From positions 284,518,001 to 284,582,000 of the forward strand of contig OZ024743.1 in NCBI GenBank assembly GCA_964016885.1: DNA of 64,000 nt, read 5' to 3'. Under the pieces are notes generated by a model. That model was not told the DNA's origin. It searched no databases and saw only the letters and a program-made list of their open reading frames with translations. Each line of letters starts with the position of its first letter. The first letter of the stretch is position 1. This document shows, piece after piece, positions 24,659 to 39,289 of this stretch. The stretch comes from Eledone cirrhosa. Its lineage: Eukaryota. The translations under genes were made by a program, and so were the position numbers.

Positions 24659-25301
24659 AATGTACTGGGTAATTGCGGGCCTTATGCCAAAAGTAGAAAC
24701 AATTATTACTATTTTATTAAGAAATCATTCATTTTCTTGTTTTACTATCTATTGTTATATATTTATTTATATCTATTTAAAGGGTTGGGAGGACCCTTCA
24801 GTCACATCAAGGACATGGCACCCTCCCTAGTGTTGGTGACCTAGATGATAAAAACACTAAGTACATGGCGTAAAGTGGCTGGTGATAGGAAGTGCATCAA
24901 GCCATAGAAGGTTTTCCAAACAAACAGCTAGGATGAACCTTCAGTTGTGTCAAAGACATAACAACCTTTCCTGTGCCCTCGATAAAATATAAGACCATAG
25001 GTAAGTGAAATGCTGACCCAACCTCCCAGCTAGTCTGGGAGATCAGTAGCCCCACTTCAGTACTGACATGATCTATGTAGACTTGTCAAACCCTTGCTAG
25101 CACGGAAAGCAGACGTTAAATGATGATAATAATTATGATGATGATTTATTTATGTGTATCTATTATTTTGGTCATCTCACTAAGTTACTTGATTTAAATC
25201 CCTGCTGTCATTTGTTTGTTGTTGTTTTTTTAATTCCACCTGTGTACTGTCCCAAACATCTCGGGTATGTGTGACCAATAAAAGAAAATATTATTAATTT
25301 A

Positions 25302-25490
25302 GTGAATTGGCAGTATCGGTAGAGGGTCGGACGCCATGCTTTGACACATAGAGTTACGGCCCTTGCCATTCTGAGTTCAAATCCCGCCGAGGTTAACTTT
25401 GCCTTTCATCCTTACGGGGTCGATAAAATAAAGTACCAGTAATACACTGGGAAATTGCTGGCCTTGTGCCAAAAGTAGAAACAATTATTA
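25302..25490 (+). mobile_element. tRNA-derived SINE
   Basis: Same family, with A/B boxes, central domain and tail visible. More decayed copies lie at ~2193-2318 (+), ~9747-9885 (+) and ~27613-27825 (-). Confidence 0.8.
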
Positions 25491-25883
25491 ATATTGCTAT
25501 TATTGTTGATGAACGAGGAAAGACAAAAGTTAAATAAGAACTGGGGTAAATATAACTGACTTCCATCTAACTCCGAAATTGCAGGCCTTGTGCTTAAATG
25601 AGAAATCATGCTTCTTTTTATCATAACAGTAAATTCTCTTTCGAATGAGTTAACTCTTTCATGTCCATAGTTGCTGTTAGCTACCATAATAGCTATTATG
25701 CCTAACTATTGGTATCAAATTCCTTTGATTGCAGTCAAATAACTAGAAACATTCACCAAGAGAAAAGAAAACTAAATGCTGATGATTGTCAATATGTTAG
25801 AGTAGTTATCAACAGCAGCAGCATTCATACTTATCATATTTTACTGTTTTTATTAATAATATTTACACATATAGACAGTATGC

Positions 25884-26161
25884 CCCCTCCCCTCCCACTG
25901 TAAAGTGGTTGTGTAGGTGTTATGACAAAAAAGCATCCAGTCCATACTGTCGAGTGGTCGTGTAGGTGCCACAGTAAAAAAGAACCGAGTACTCACTGTA
26001 AATGAGGTTGGTGTTAGGAAGGGCATCCAGCTGTAGAAACCAAGCCAAAATCAGTACTGTATGAGCAAGACATGGTCACCTGACTAGGCATTGCCCACAA
26101 CAGGACAACTTGTCTAACCCATGCTAGCATGGAAGAATGGATGTAAAATGGTGATGATGAT
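25884..26161 (+). mobile_element. Older RTE family B-like 3' UTR fragment
   Basis: Three CACTGTAAAGTGG...GTGTAGGTG units, the GGAAGGGCATCCAGCTGTAGAAA motif and a GAT tail. Confidence 0.75.
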
Positions 26162-26526
26162 ACCTCTTTTTTCAAAATGTAATATACACAATATTAATAT
26201 TCTAACTTTGTTTATAATACATACAACATATTATGGAGTGAAAGTATTTCAAATCTTTGAGTGAACAAGTAAATGAATATTATATTGGCACAAAGTTACA
26301 AATTTATAGTGGAGATGTATTAGGTGATTGAACAGACCTGAACATCTAAATAATCTCAAAGTATTTAGTCTGCTGCTGAACTATCTCAGCAAACTCATTT
26401 TTACATTACTGAAAATATCATTTTAAAATATACTGCAGAACAATTCTGGAAATTTGGCTTAATGACAGACCATGACAAATATCAACTTATTCCATAGGTT
26501 CTTGATTTATTAATATTATACATGTG

Positions 26527-26569
<43 letters not shown>

Positions 26570-26730
26570 CGGGATCCGATCACATGATCAAACCTGAGCT
26601 GATCGATATGGAAACAAATTGTAATGTGCAATAAAGTTTACAAAAAGCTACAATTCTTATTAACATTTTATATATATATATATATATATACAATGATATT
26701 AAATAAATGGGACTATATTTATAAAACCAT

Positions 26731-26795
26731 TATTTTATTATATATATTTCAAGGGCAACCAAGACAACATTGGTACACTTTCATCAGATAAAATA
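26731..26795 (-). ncRNA. Type I hammerhead ribozyme
   Basis: Minus strand TATTTTAT-CTGATGA-AAGTGTACCAATGTTGTCTTGGTTGCCCTT-GAAA-TATATA-TA-ATAAAATA, with an 8-bp stem I. Confidence 0.72.
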
Positions 26796-27242
26796 CTACA
26801 AAGTTTGTTTTATAAATAGAGACGTACCCATGGAAATCATACCTTATCGGTTGGAAATTCACTGGATAGTATATATATATATATATAAATGAAAGGTATA
26901 GAAAACATATATATATATATATACATATATATATAGAAAGGATGAATATAAAATGAAAGTGCTTTTGTTAAAAAAGGAATTTATTAGGTATTGACATATG
27001 TTTCTGTAACAGACCGAATACCTATGTATCGCTGCTTGCGTAATCATATAATGTTAGCAAGTATTCGATAGCAAATGTATAATCAGTTGTCACTTCTTCA
27101 GAGATTTTGGATAAACTGGATAAAATCAGAAAAATTGAAGTATTTATATTAGTAAAAGAGGAAGGAACAGAGGGGATAGAATATGACAGATGGTAAAATA
27201 ATTTACTGCTAAACAAGTATTATTGATAACCTGAAATTTTAC

Positions 27243-27312
<70 letters not shown>

Positions 27313-30300
27313 CATATAGAAATGACATCTACATGACTTCCCAATACCATTTGGAAAACCATTCTAATTATATATATACATTTCAGATAATTATGCATAC
27401 AAATAAACACAATTTATATAAAGAAGAAAGAGGAAAAGAGCAAAAAAATTGGGAGAAGATAGTCACACACAACAAAAAGGTACTGGAGTTTCCCTCTAAT
27501 AATTTCTAAGGCAAGCCAATACCCTAATAGCTTAACTACATGTGCGAGCAAGATTAAGGCACTGGAATAACCCTTACAGGCATCACTTGATATATCAATA
27601 AGTAGAGTCACCAATAATGGTTTCTGATTTAGGCACAAGGCTAACAGTTTGGGGGAAAGGGAACGTCGATTAAATTGATTCCAGTGCATGACTGGTGCTT
27701 TATTTTATTGACCCCATAAGGATGAAAGGCAAAGATAATTTCAGCAGGGTTTGAACTCAGAACATAAAGGGTTGTAACTATGTGCCACAGAGCATGTTGT
27801 CCAATGTTATACTGATATTGCCAATAATAAAAAAAAAACTAGCTGATAGTAACCCAGCTTCCCAAACATTCCTAATGTCACTGTATGGAAAAAATATTTC
27901 GCCAATAATTCCTGATATTTTAGAATTTTATTCCCTTTGGCTATGGATGTGGTGACCCACAACTTCATCGCAGATTGGAATCCAAAAGTTTATTTCAGCA
28001 AGGCTACATGGCAAATGTATCTACAGATTAATATTTCTTGAGGCATCATAGAAGCTGTTTTATATTTTATCCCCAAAGGATAAGAGATAAAATAGACCTT
28101 AGCCAGATTTTTAACAATGTTGAGAGACAGAAGTAAACATTCTAATGCACTCAACTACTTCTGCCATAACATCAACCAGTAGACAAGTAGTAAACTAAAA
28201 AATACTAACAAATTCAGTTTGATATCCTAAAAAGAATTTACTACTATTGTCACATTTCCTAAAGCATCCCCGACCATTTTTCAGTCATGATGATAAATTT
28301 TCAATTAATCTCTATAGAGAAAGAAAACGTGTAAATATGTCTTGATTATATGCCTAGGTCACAAGGGAAGTAAGTGAGTGGTAGAAAACAAAATGAATGG
28401 AGAGTTGGACCTTGCTTTTGGCAAATGATTTTGCTGCAGGCAACATTTAGAATGCTATTTGTTGATCATGTTATGAAAGGGAGAAAATAAGTAATCAAAG
28501 AGAATATTGATTTCTTACAGAGAGACGAAATCTCAGATTTATAGAAAAAGAGATGAAATTATGTGATGTTTGTACCTTTGTCAAAGTAATTAATGTACCA
28601 AGAGATTGCCTGTTATTTATTTTATGACATGTTTGCATCAAAGAATGCATTAAGTAGCTCAGAGATGAATCAACCCTGGACTATTCAATTTCTTTAGATG
28701 GTTCGGAATGTGTTTATGTCATTGTTTCTAGAGAATTGTGGTATATAAATATTTTAGCACCTCATTTGAAACCCTGTATTAGAGATAAAGGTTCATGCCA
28801 TCAACACCTGCCCCATTATAGACAACCTTCAATTTCAGAAAATGTGATTATGCTACTGTTGATCATGTATATAACAACCCAAACATTGACTGAAGTATCA
28901 GTGCTTAAATGAGGTTGAAGCGTCTTCTCAATTGCACAGTTTGATGAAATTGATGAGGATCAGCTATTAGAGCACATACTTTCTTCTCTACAACACAAAT
29001 CCAATACTCTTAGGCACTGTAGACAATCTCATTTTACAGCATTTAACTCTTAATATGACATTTATATTATGCTAATAAAACTTAGTCCAATTTTACACAT
29101 ATATGTTTGTATATGTATGATTGTGTGTGTGTGTGAATGCATGAGTATGTAAATATGTAAAAATAAGGCATATGAAGACATCGAAAATGTAGAAAATGAA
29201 AGTGCAAATAGAAAAAAACATTAATTAGTTTTACAGTCTAATATTCCATCCAATATTCCATAGTCTATACTCAAGTAATAACTATCTTAAGAAATGTAAA
29301 GTGCCAAATAGACTAGTACCAGTAATATATCAAAAGCTATGTGAGATTTCAATATGAAAAATATATTTACAATATTACATGCCTGTCTTAACATGGTCTA
29401 AAACAATTTTGAACAACCATAATATTATTGAAAATATTGATTTTTCATTAGTATAAAATATGCTATATTGGTAATTAATTGAATTTATCTCTGTATATTA
29501 TTGGTACTTATTTCATTGATGCAATTGGTATTTGAACTCAAAATATGCTTGTGTAAAGCTGAGAAATATGTAACAAATAAAATGATGGTAAAATGGGGGT
29601 GGTGGGTCGTCTTATATTCGAGGTCAATATTTTGCCGATTGTCACCAACTTCAAAATTCTACATAAATGAGGTGCTAAAATATTTTCACTTTGCAGCTGA
29701 AAATTACACCAGTTTTACTTTGAAATTCATATCTCCTATTGTATGTGATATGTTTTTAACAAATATGGCCTTCAAAATGGCTGGAAATTGGTAAAAAATC
29801 ATTATGTGATGGAGTTGTGAAACAAAAACTATACTCTAAATGAAATTTAAAACATTTTAAATATCAAAATATTAAAACTTCATAAATATATTCTCCACCC
29901 ATGAGAATTTCAAAACTACACCATCTAAACATGTTGATTATCTTCATTGACTTATAAATGGTGTTTGGATTTTTGCCTTTTTCTAAAATAGGGGGCCAAC
30001 CTCTATTCAAATCAGCTTATATTTGAGTATATACAGTCATTTGCTGCTCAACTGTCTCAGCAAACTAACTCTTACTTTCCTGCATTAGTGGGAATATTTC
30101 AAAATATGGCTCAGAGCTATTTTGACTTTATCTGCTGCCTTTCAATGAAAAATATCAACACAACCCTTAGATTAGAATCATTAACATTTGAAGTTAACAC
30201 TTTCATACAAGACTGGAATTTTTGAGACAGTATGGTGGAAGATTTTAAATTTCCAAATGATTTTCAGAATTGTTCATAAATGTATTTCTGCCACGTTTGC

Positions 30301-31679
30301 AAAAAATATAAATTCCACTGGGATTAATTTGTTTTATTTTAACAAATTTTTAATTTCAAGAAACAGTTTTAACCATTGCTATGTATAAAACATAATTGGT
30401 TAACAGTGTACTACAAATGATATTCTTTCATAATTCATAAGTTTCATTGTAAATGATATGGCATAACATTAATAAAAAGGTATGTTTTAATTGATATATT
30501 ATGATGCAAATGATATTGCATCATAAAGAACTATATTGCATCATAAAGAAAGGAGTGTGTTGTACACTGTCATGAAATGATATACTATGTCATAAATATT
30601 ATACTTCAACTGATATTGTGAGTTGGAAAAGTATGTGTACCATAGATATGTTGTGCTATAAATAATATGGTGCTTCATTAATGTTGTAGTCACTGATCAA
30701 GCAAACATATATTGCATATTGTTAATTGATATATTTGTTAAATGATATATTTTTAAATATTTCTAATTTTTTAAATTGTGTGAAATTGTTTTAAAGAATT
30801 TTATATCATCTGACAAGCTGAGGCTGGTGGAATGGGTAGTTAGAAAATAATCTAGCCATAGAGACCAGCGAAATATCATGGAGATAAAATAAACCTAAAT
30901 ACAACTGCATATGACCTTTGATGTATTTAATACTGTATAATTCTCTGGCTTGTACCATTTATACATGTTGCTGAGTGCTTCATTTTATCTGCATCACAGT
31001 TAGCCTCATATAATAATATATGTAAGTGTGTGTGTGTGTATATACATATTGATGCCACAATAAAATGCACCCAGTCCAAATTGTAACATGGTTGGTGTGT
31101 GAAAGGGCATCCAGCCGTAGAAACCAAGTCAAGATACAGATCCATATGAGCACAATGTGGTCTCTGGACCTGACTTATTTCATAATGTGATAACTCATCT
31201 AACCCATGCAAGCATGGAAAATGGACATTAAATGATGACAATTGATATATTTACAACAGATAAGAATGAGCTATCCTGTCACATGTGCCACTGAAAGAGG
31301 GGAAACTTAGTTTGAGTTACTGAGTAAATTCATGGTGTTTTCACAAGTATATCTATAATAGTTTATAATGGCAGCTGACATATATGAACTGAATTAAAAA
31401 GCAAGAATTATGATTTCCAATGTGTTGGATGCTTAACAAACTTGATGGACCAACAGGGCATGTGTGGTTAGATTCCTATTGGGAGCTATTAAACATTTCT
31501 CTTTGAACTCTATTTGTCAATATATGTACAAAACCAAATAAAAGACTATAAATTTTGTTTTAAGGCTTTTACATATATTATTCCATGCATACAAGGGTGA
31601 AATGGGTTTTGTTGCAGCAATTATTCTACTGCTGGATGCCACAGCAAATGCTAACTATTAAAGAAGTGCTAAGAAATCC

Positions 31680-31868
31680 CAGTAGAAGGAAGATGCAGTA
31701 GAGGTAGACCACGAAAAACATCGGTGGAGGTGGTGAGAACTGAAACTCACTGAGGAGATGACAAAGGACCGTGACAAGTGGAGAGATGCTGTGCTGAATA
31801 GGACCCATCCAACCCTTGCAAGCAGGGAAAAGCGGACGTAAAATGATGATGATGATGATGATGATGAT
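31680..31868 (+). mobile_element. 3' end of a third RTE family with a short 3' UTR
   Basis: Encodes EGRCSRGRPRKT...MTKDRDKWRDAV, followed almost directly by CCTTGCAAGCAGGGAAAAGCGGACGTAAAATGATGAT. Confidence 0.7.
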
Positions 31869-32562
31869 AAACCATTAACTAGGAGTGGAATCTGTTTTCT
31901 GACAGTCAAGAAAAGCACAATACAAAAGCTGTTATAAGATTTGAACGTATTACCAAATATGGTCAGTAGTCCAGTTAATGTTCTTCAATGATTTCTTCTA
32001 CATTTCTTTGAGATTTTCAGAATATGTATTTTGTATTTTTGTTCTCAAAAATGTTAACATTTTTGGAAATCTTTTTCATATCCTTTGCTAACCATAGCCA
32101 ACTCTGCTGGAATGGACCTAGGATGTTAAGATAGCCAATGAAATAATTCACAGCAATCTAAAGGATATGCAACTGTAAATTATCTCACACACTGTTGAAG
32201 ATAAAATTTATCTTTCTATCAATGTTCTAAGCATGGCCTTCATATCTTTACTGGAATAATAACACAGATGCCTCACTACTAAAATGCAACTACACAGAAA
32301 CTTCCTCAGAAACTGCTTCTTTCCTTGACATTTTCTAAACGAAATGATGCAATATATATATTAAATTCTGATTTATTGAAGAAGTTGTATGCCATATCAT
32401 ATCTCAATTAATGACATCTCAAATTAATTTTCTGGGGAAACTTATATAAGTTTATTTTCATGTCATGTTCTTGGCTTATGTTTCAGAGAATCTTACTAAA
32501 CTCCTAAATACTTCTGGCAGCACAAAGAAGGAAGTGATACTATATATATATCAATGTGTTAT

Positions 32563-32700
32563 ATTATAGCCACAAAGTTACAGTAGTAACTCGATGGCCA
32601 CAAGTTTCATGCCTAATGCACTTTTCAAACTTGTTTGAAAAGTGCATGAAGCACAAAACTCTTTGTCCTCAAGTTACTGGTATAACTTTACAGCTACAAT
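32563..32700. repeat. Degenerate foldback (possible old MITE)
   Basis: Core ATGCACTTTTCAAAC-TT-GTTTGAAAAGTGCAT, with imperfect outer arms (TAGCCACAAAGTTA / TAACTTTACAGCTA). Confidence 0.55.
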
Positions 32701-32784
32701 AGGATAAACTATATCTCACTCTACACATGTATTACATTTTGTATCTCTCTTTTGCATGCAAACGCACACACAAAATACGTGTGT

Positions 32785-33778
32785 ATCATCATCATCAACG
32801 TTTAACGTCCGTGTTCCACGCTTGCATGGGTTTGGACGGGGGTAGTCCCACTTGAGGCAAGAGTGATTGTCTTGCTCGCATAGGACTGTCTGGCAGGTTT
32901 TCTACAGTTGGATGCCCTTCCTAACACCAACCACATTTACAGTGTGGGTCTGGGAGGTTTTTACCGTGTTGACTACACGGCCACATTACAGCGTGGACTG
33001 TGTGTTTTTTTGTCGTGACACCTACACGATCTCATTTGTTTCGGCCTGGATGGCGCGGCACCAACATAACTTTACATAGAACGGGGTGGTGTGGATGGGG
33101 TGGGGGTGGTGGGACGGGGTGTATTTTGTTAGAGATGCCTACTGGCTGGAGTAGGTTTTACTATATATTTAGGTAAGGCGGGTCTTCTCTGTTACTGAGT
33201 ACCGCCAAAGGTCTCAGTCCAGTGACATTGTCTTGGAGAGGTGTAAGTGTGTGATGTCGGAGTTTATCAGCTCGTCCCAGGTTTTTCTAGGTCTGCCTAT
33301 TCCGTGACTACCGTCTATCTTTATTGCCCTGCACTTTGTTATACAGCTATCGACTTTCATGCGCATCACGTGTCCATACCAACGTAGCCTTCTCTCGAGT
33401 AAACAACATCTGATCCCTCTTATCTCTAATTTTTTCCTTAGTTCGTTTATGCTTTGCCGTTCACGTATATTACTGTTACACATCCAGCGGAGCATGCAAG
33501 CTTCGTTCCTCTCTAGTCTGCGTATATCCTCTGCACACAATGCCCAGGTCTCACTGCCATGCAGCATTGCTGTTCGTATGCAGGCATCGTACAACCTGCC
33601 TTTCATTTTTAGGGAGAACCCTTTAGCAGCTAATAGTGGTATAAGCTCTCTGAACTTTTTCCAACCAGTTCTGACTCTAGCTACAGTACTTTCAGAGCAC
33701 CCTCCCCCACTGCTGATTTTATCGCCCAGGTAACGGAAGCTGTCCACTATTTCTATAGAACCCTCTGCGCAATTGAAA
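32785..33778 (-). mobile_element. 5'-truncated RTE family A copy
   Basis: Nearly identical to 6555-7536. The 5' truncation point is fused directly to a ~720-bp TA-derived microsatellite. Confidence 0.9.
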
Positions 33779-34495
<717 letters not shown>

Positions 34496-34566
34496 ATTAT
34501 GAAGAGAGAAGAAACATTTAGATATAATTAGTAATAAAATGTATCATACCTAAACTGCTCCTAAAT

Positions 34567-34654
34567 TCCTCGACTACGTAGTTTCGTGGCATAAACAAAA
34601 ACAATATATCAAAGATATAGAGTCCTTGCGAGGTCTGCCGACTTATCAAGAGGA
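34567..34654 (-). ncRNA. Degenerate hammerhead (core mutated to TTGATAA) in a probable Penelope-like remnant (~34500-34990)
   Basis: Minus strand TCCTC-TTGATAA-GTCGGCA...TGCCAC-GAAA-CTACGTAG-TC-GAGGA. Confidence 0.5.
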
Positions 34655-35287
34655 TACCTCATTTTACTAGTCTCAAGAACGCGTCTACACGACGTGAGAA
34701 AGAATCCCAAAAGGCGGAGGGGGAGATAGTCACACGATATAACGGTCGAGAAACAGAGCTAAGCCTCTTATAACCCCGAAGAAAATACCACGGAGGCGGA
34801 GGGGGTATTTATATCGAGGCCGTAGAAGAGGTGGTGAAGAAGGCGAGAAGTATGAGTAATGGAAGCCTTCCAGCCGTCCCCACACTTCAAAGGTTGCTCG
34901 ACCAGAGGGAGTTATTATGGTTCAGTCTAGTTCAACTGAATTGGTCTGTCCCAGTCATTCATTGAGCAACATCGGTGAAGTTGGCACCCTTAACTCACAG
35001 TTGGGTGCGGATGCATTCATGTATATATGTGTGTGTCCGCATGTATCTGTGTGTTTCTAAATATATTGTTAATAACTCCCTCTGGTCGAGCTGTGGTTGT
35101 GAGTTCGATTCCTGGACCGGGCGATGCGTTATGTCCTTGAGCAAGACACTTTATTTCATGTTGCTCCTTCTACCTGGAGTTGCGACCGATAGATAGTATT
35201 AGCAATTGGAAAGACCAATGGAAACATTGTTTCCTCGGTCCGATTTGACGAAAGTCGATCGTTAGGAATATATACATATATATATAC

Positions 35288-35320
<33 letters not shown>

Positions 35321-35333
35321 CATATATATATAC

Positions 35334-35384
<51 letters not shown>

Positions 35385-35413
35385 CATATATATATATACA
35401 TATATATATATAC

Positions 35414-35465
<52 letters not shown>

Positions 35466-35517
35466 ATAATAATAATAATAAAGCGATTCTTTGCTTAAAC
35501 TTTAATCTGTTATTTTA

Positions 35518-35550
<33 letters not shown>

Positions 35551-35585
<35 letters not shown>

Positions 35586-36096
35586 GGTTTAGCGTCCGTG
35601 TTCCACGCTTGCATGGGTTTGGACGGGGGTTTTCCCACTTGAGGCAAGAGTGGTTGTCTTGCTCGCATAGGACTGTCTGGCGGGTTTTCTACAGTTGGAT
35701 GCCCTTCCTAACACCAACCACATTTACAGTGTGGGGCTGGGAGGTTTTTACCGTGTTGCCTACACGGCCACATTACAGCGTGGACTGTCTGGCGGGTTTT
35801 CTACAGCTGGATGCCCTTCCTAACACCAACCACATTTACAGTGTGGGGCTGGGAGGTTTTTACCGTGTTGCCTACACGGCCACATTTACAGCGTGGACTG
35901 TGTGTTTTTTGTCGTGACACCTACACGATCTCATTTGTTTCGGCCTGGATGTTGTGGGACCAACATAACTTTACATTGAAAGGGGCGGTGCGGGTGGGGT
36001 GGAGGTGGTGGGACGGGGGTGTGTTTTGATAGAGATGCCTACTGACTGTAGTAGGTTTTTACTTTGTATTTAGGTAAGGCGGGTCTTCTCTATTAC
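35551..36096 (-). mobile_element. RTE family A-like 3' UTR fragment with an internal ~112-bp tandem duplication
   Basis: Matches the 3' UTR at 15935-16346. The segment starting GGACTGTCTGGCGGG occurs twice (~35670 and ~35782). Both ends lie in TA microsatellite. Confidence 0.85.
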
Positions 36097-36936
<840 letters not shown>

Positions 36937-37019
36937 ATAACCCTTTGTGTTTTCATTGGTCAATTTTGTTCCCAAACGGACCTGAAATTTTGAATTATTG
37001 TTATTATCAATAAATATAC

Positions 37020-37173
37020 TTCATTATTTCTGAAGACGGCGTATATATGTATTGGTATGTATATTTAATCTTGATAATTTGTATAATTTTGTATAATTTT
37101 GTACATAGATCTGTTGAATATGCATACCAATTCTAACACATATATATCCTAGAAACGATCGTTAAATAATGAA
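37020..37173 (+). ncRNA. Hammerhead-like motif with very long stem II
   Basis: TTCATTATTT-CTGAAGA-[~115-nt hairpin]-GAAA-CGATCG-TT-AAATAATGAA. Stem I is 10 bp and stem III is palindromic. The base of stem II is imperfect. Confidence 0.55.
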
Positions 37174-37377
37174 CTTTTTTTGTTTAATATAAGGAATTGT
37201 TTATTCATTATTTGTTTAATATTTTATCTTGACTCTGTATACCGTTTATCTTTCACCGAAAGTGATTTTTCATTACATCTCTTCTTTCCATGATATCCGG
37301 AATACATTGAGTTCTTCATACGGATTGGACACTACCGTAAACTCTTGGTAGATTTATCTACATACATATATACATAT

Positions 37378-37487
37378 ATAGGAGAAAGTATGACCCCGAC
37401 AGCAGAGCTCAAGCCGTTTCGACAGCTATTTCTGGACTCACGTCGAAACGGCTTCAGCTCTGCCGTCGGGGTCATACTTTCTCCTAT
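37378..37487. repeat. Inverted repeat, 46-bp arms, 18-nt loop
   Basis: ATAGGAGAAAGTATGACCCCGAC...CCGTTTCGAC pairs with GTCGAAACGG...GTCGGGGTCATACTTTCTCCTAT, with 2 mismatches. Confidence 0.85.
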
Positions 37488-37669
37488 TACACACTCTACT
37501 ACCTTAAGTATTGAGTACTCTGGTGCGTTACGGTCCATATGGTTCCTTACCACAACTCCTCTGTTATATATATATATATACATATATATATATGATGATT
37601 ATGGCTGCCCCCTCAATATTGAGTATGGCCATTGCACGATATAACATTATTAATAATTAATTAATGCTA

Positions 37670-37853
37670 TTGTGCACTGCGTGTGCGTGAAGATTTTTTT
37701 AAAGTTAGGAAAGACTGTGCACTGAGCCAATCCCACTCTCTGAGCGACAGTAGTTATAATCCGAAAAGAAGAAAAGAGCAACATCACCGGTAACTACTGA
37801 GCCGCAGGTTTTATATCGGAGTTATCCCAGTTTCCTGAGTTGCCTTCTCCTAG
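37670..37853 (-). mobile_element. Dispersed fragment of the same LINE 5' UTR-like family
   Basis: Clear similarity to 58197-58383. Confidence 0.65.
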
Positions 37854-37996
37854 TTAAACATATATATATACATATAGTGAAAGAATAACATGGTTGGCTG
37901 TACAAAAAGGGTTTTATTTCAAGTATTAACAATTGTTTCATTGATCAGGTGAGTCTAAAGGTTGCTAATCACTCCAAGTTGCGTCATTCAACCTTA

Positions 37997-39258
37997 AAAG
38001 GCCTTAAAGTTAACTTGTCTAAGACTAAAGTCCTAATATGTATGAAGGAAAATAGAGCACTAGTCCCATCTGGGAAATGGCCATGCTCAGTGTGTAGGAA
38101 AGGAGTAGGCAGAAACTCCATTTTATGTCCCAAATGCAAAGTATGGGTGCATAAAAGATGTAGTGGGATCACACGTAAGTTAACTAAGAATATAGATTTT
38201 ATGTGTCCGGTGCTCTGGTGCAATAAGTAGCAGCAAATGCCCACAGAATACTAGATCATTCCATTGCCCAGATGGTTCTATAGAAATAGTAGACACCTTC
38301 CGTTACCTGGGTGACAAAATCAGCAGTGGTGGAGGGTGCTCCGAAAGTACTATAGCTAGAGTCCGAACGAGATGGAAAAAGTTCAGAGAGCTTATACCAC
38401 TATTGGCCGCTAAAGGTTTCTCTCTAAAAATAAAGGGCAGGCTGTATGATGCCTGCATACGAACAGCAATGTTACATGGCAGTGAGACCTGGGCATTGTG
38501 TGTAGAGGATCTACACAGACTGGATAGGAACGAAGCTTGCATGCTCCGTTGGATGTGTAATAGTAATATACGCGAACGGCAAAGCTAAATGAACTAAGTG
38601 AGAAATTAGGAATAAGAGGGATTCGATGCTGTTTACTCGAGAGAAGACTACGTTGGTATGGTCACGTGATGCACATGAAAGATGACAGCTGTATAAAAAA
38701 GTGCAGGGTGATCAAAATAGACGGTAGCTACGGAGTAGGCAGACCCAGAAAAACCTGGGACGACTTGATAAAATCCGACCTCACACACTTAGACCTCTCC
38801 AAGACAATGTCACTGGACCGAGATCTTTGGCGCTACATAGTAATACAGAAGACCCACCTTGCCTAAGTACAAAGTGAAACCTACAGTCAGTAGGCACCTC
38901 TTAACCAAAATACACCCCCGTCCCACTAATCCTACTCCCACCGCCATCTACACCACCCCTTTCGATGTAAAGCTATGTTGGTACCACAACATCCAGTCCG
39001 AAATAAATATGGTTGTGTAGGTCTCACGGCAAAAAAACACACAGTCCACGCTGTAATGTGGCCGTGTAGGTAACACCGAAAAAACCTCCCAGTCCACACT
39101 GTAAACGTGGATGGTGTTAGGAAGGGCATCCAGCCATAGAAAACCCGCCAGACAGTCCTGAGCAAGACAACCAATCTTGCTTCAAGTGGGACATTTCCCA
39201 TCCACCCCATGCTAGCCTGGAAAATGGACGTTAAACGATGATGATCATGATTGTGATG

Positions 39259-39260
<2 letters not shown>
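37997..39260 (+). mobile_element. 5'-truncated, frameshifted RTE (family A-related subfamily)
   Basis: Fragmented ORFs 37949-38230, 38403-38588 and 38666-38866 match the PHD/RT C-terminus. A 3' UTR and GAT tail run into (TA)n. Confidence 0.88.

Positions 39261-39289
<29 letters not shown>

Noticed and set aside
29590-30040. Possible pogo/Tigger-like transposon end (CTTATATT.GAG motifs; similar at ~20580-20735)
   Set aside because: Too decayed to define paired TIRs or boundaries by eye.
30927-31241. Minus-strand ORF containing ILLYEANC as a possible next Cav1 exon
   Set aside because: It has no PF start, no hydrophobic IS1 continuation and no U12 acceptor, and it overlaps a decayed RTE tail.
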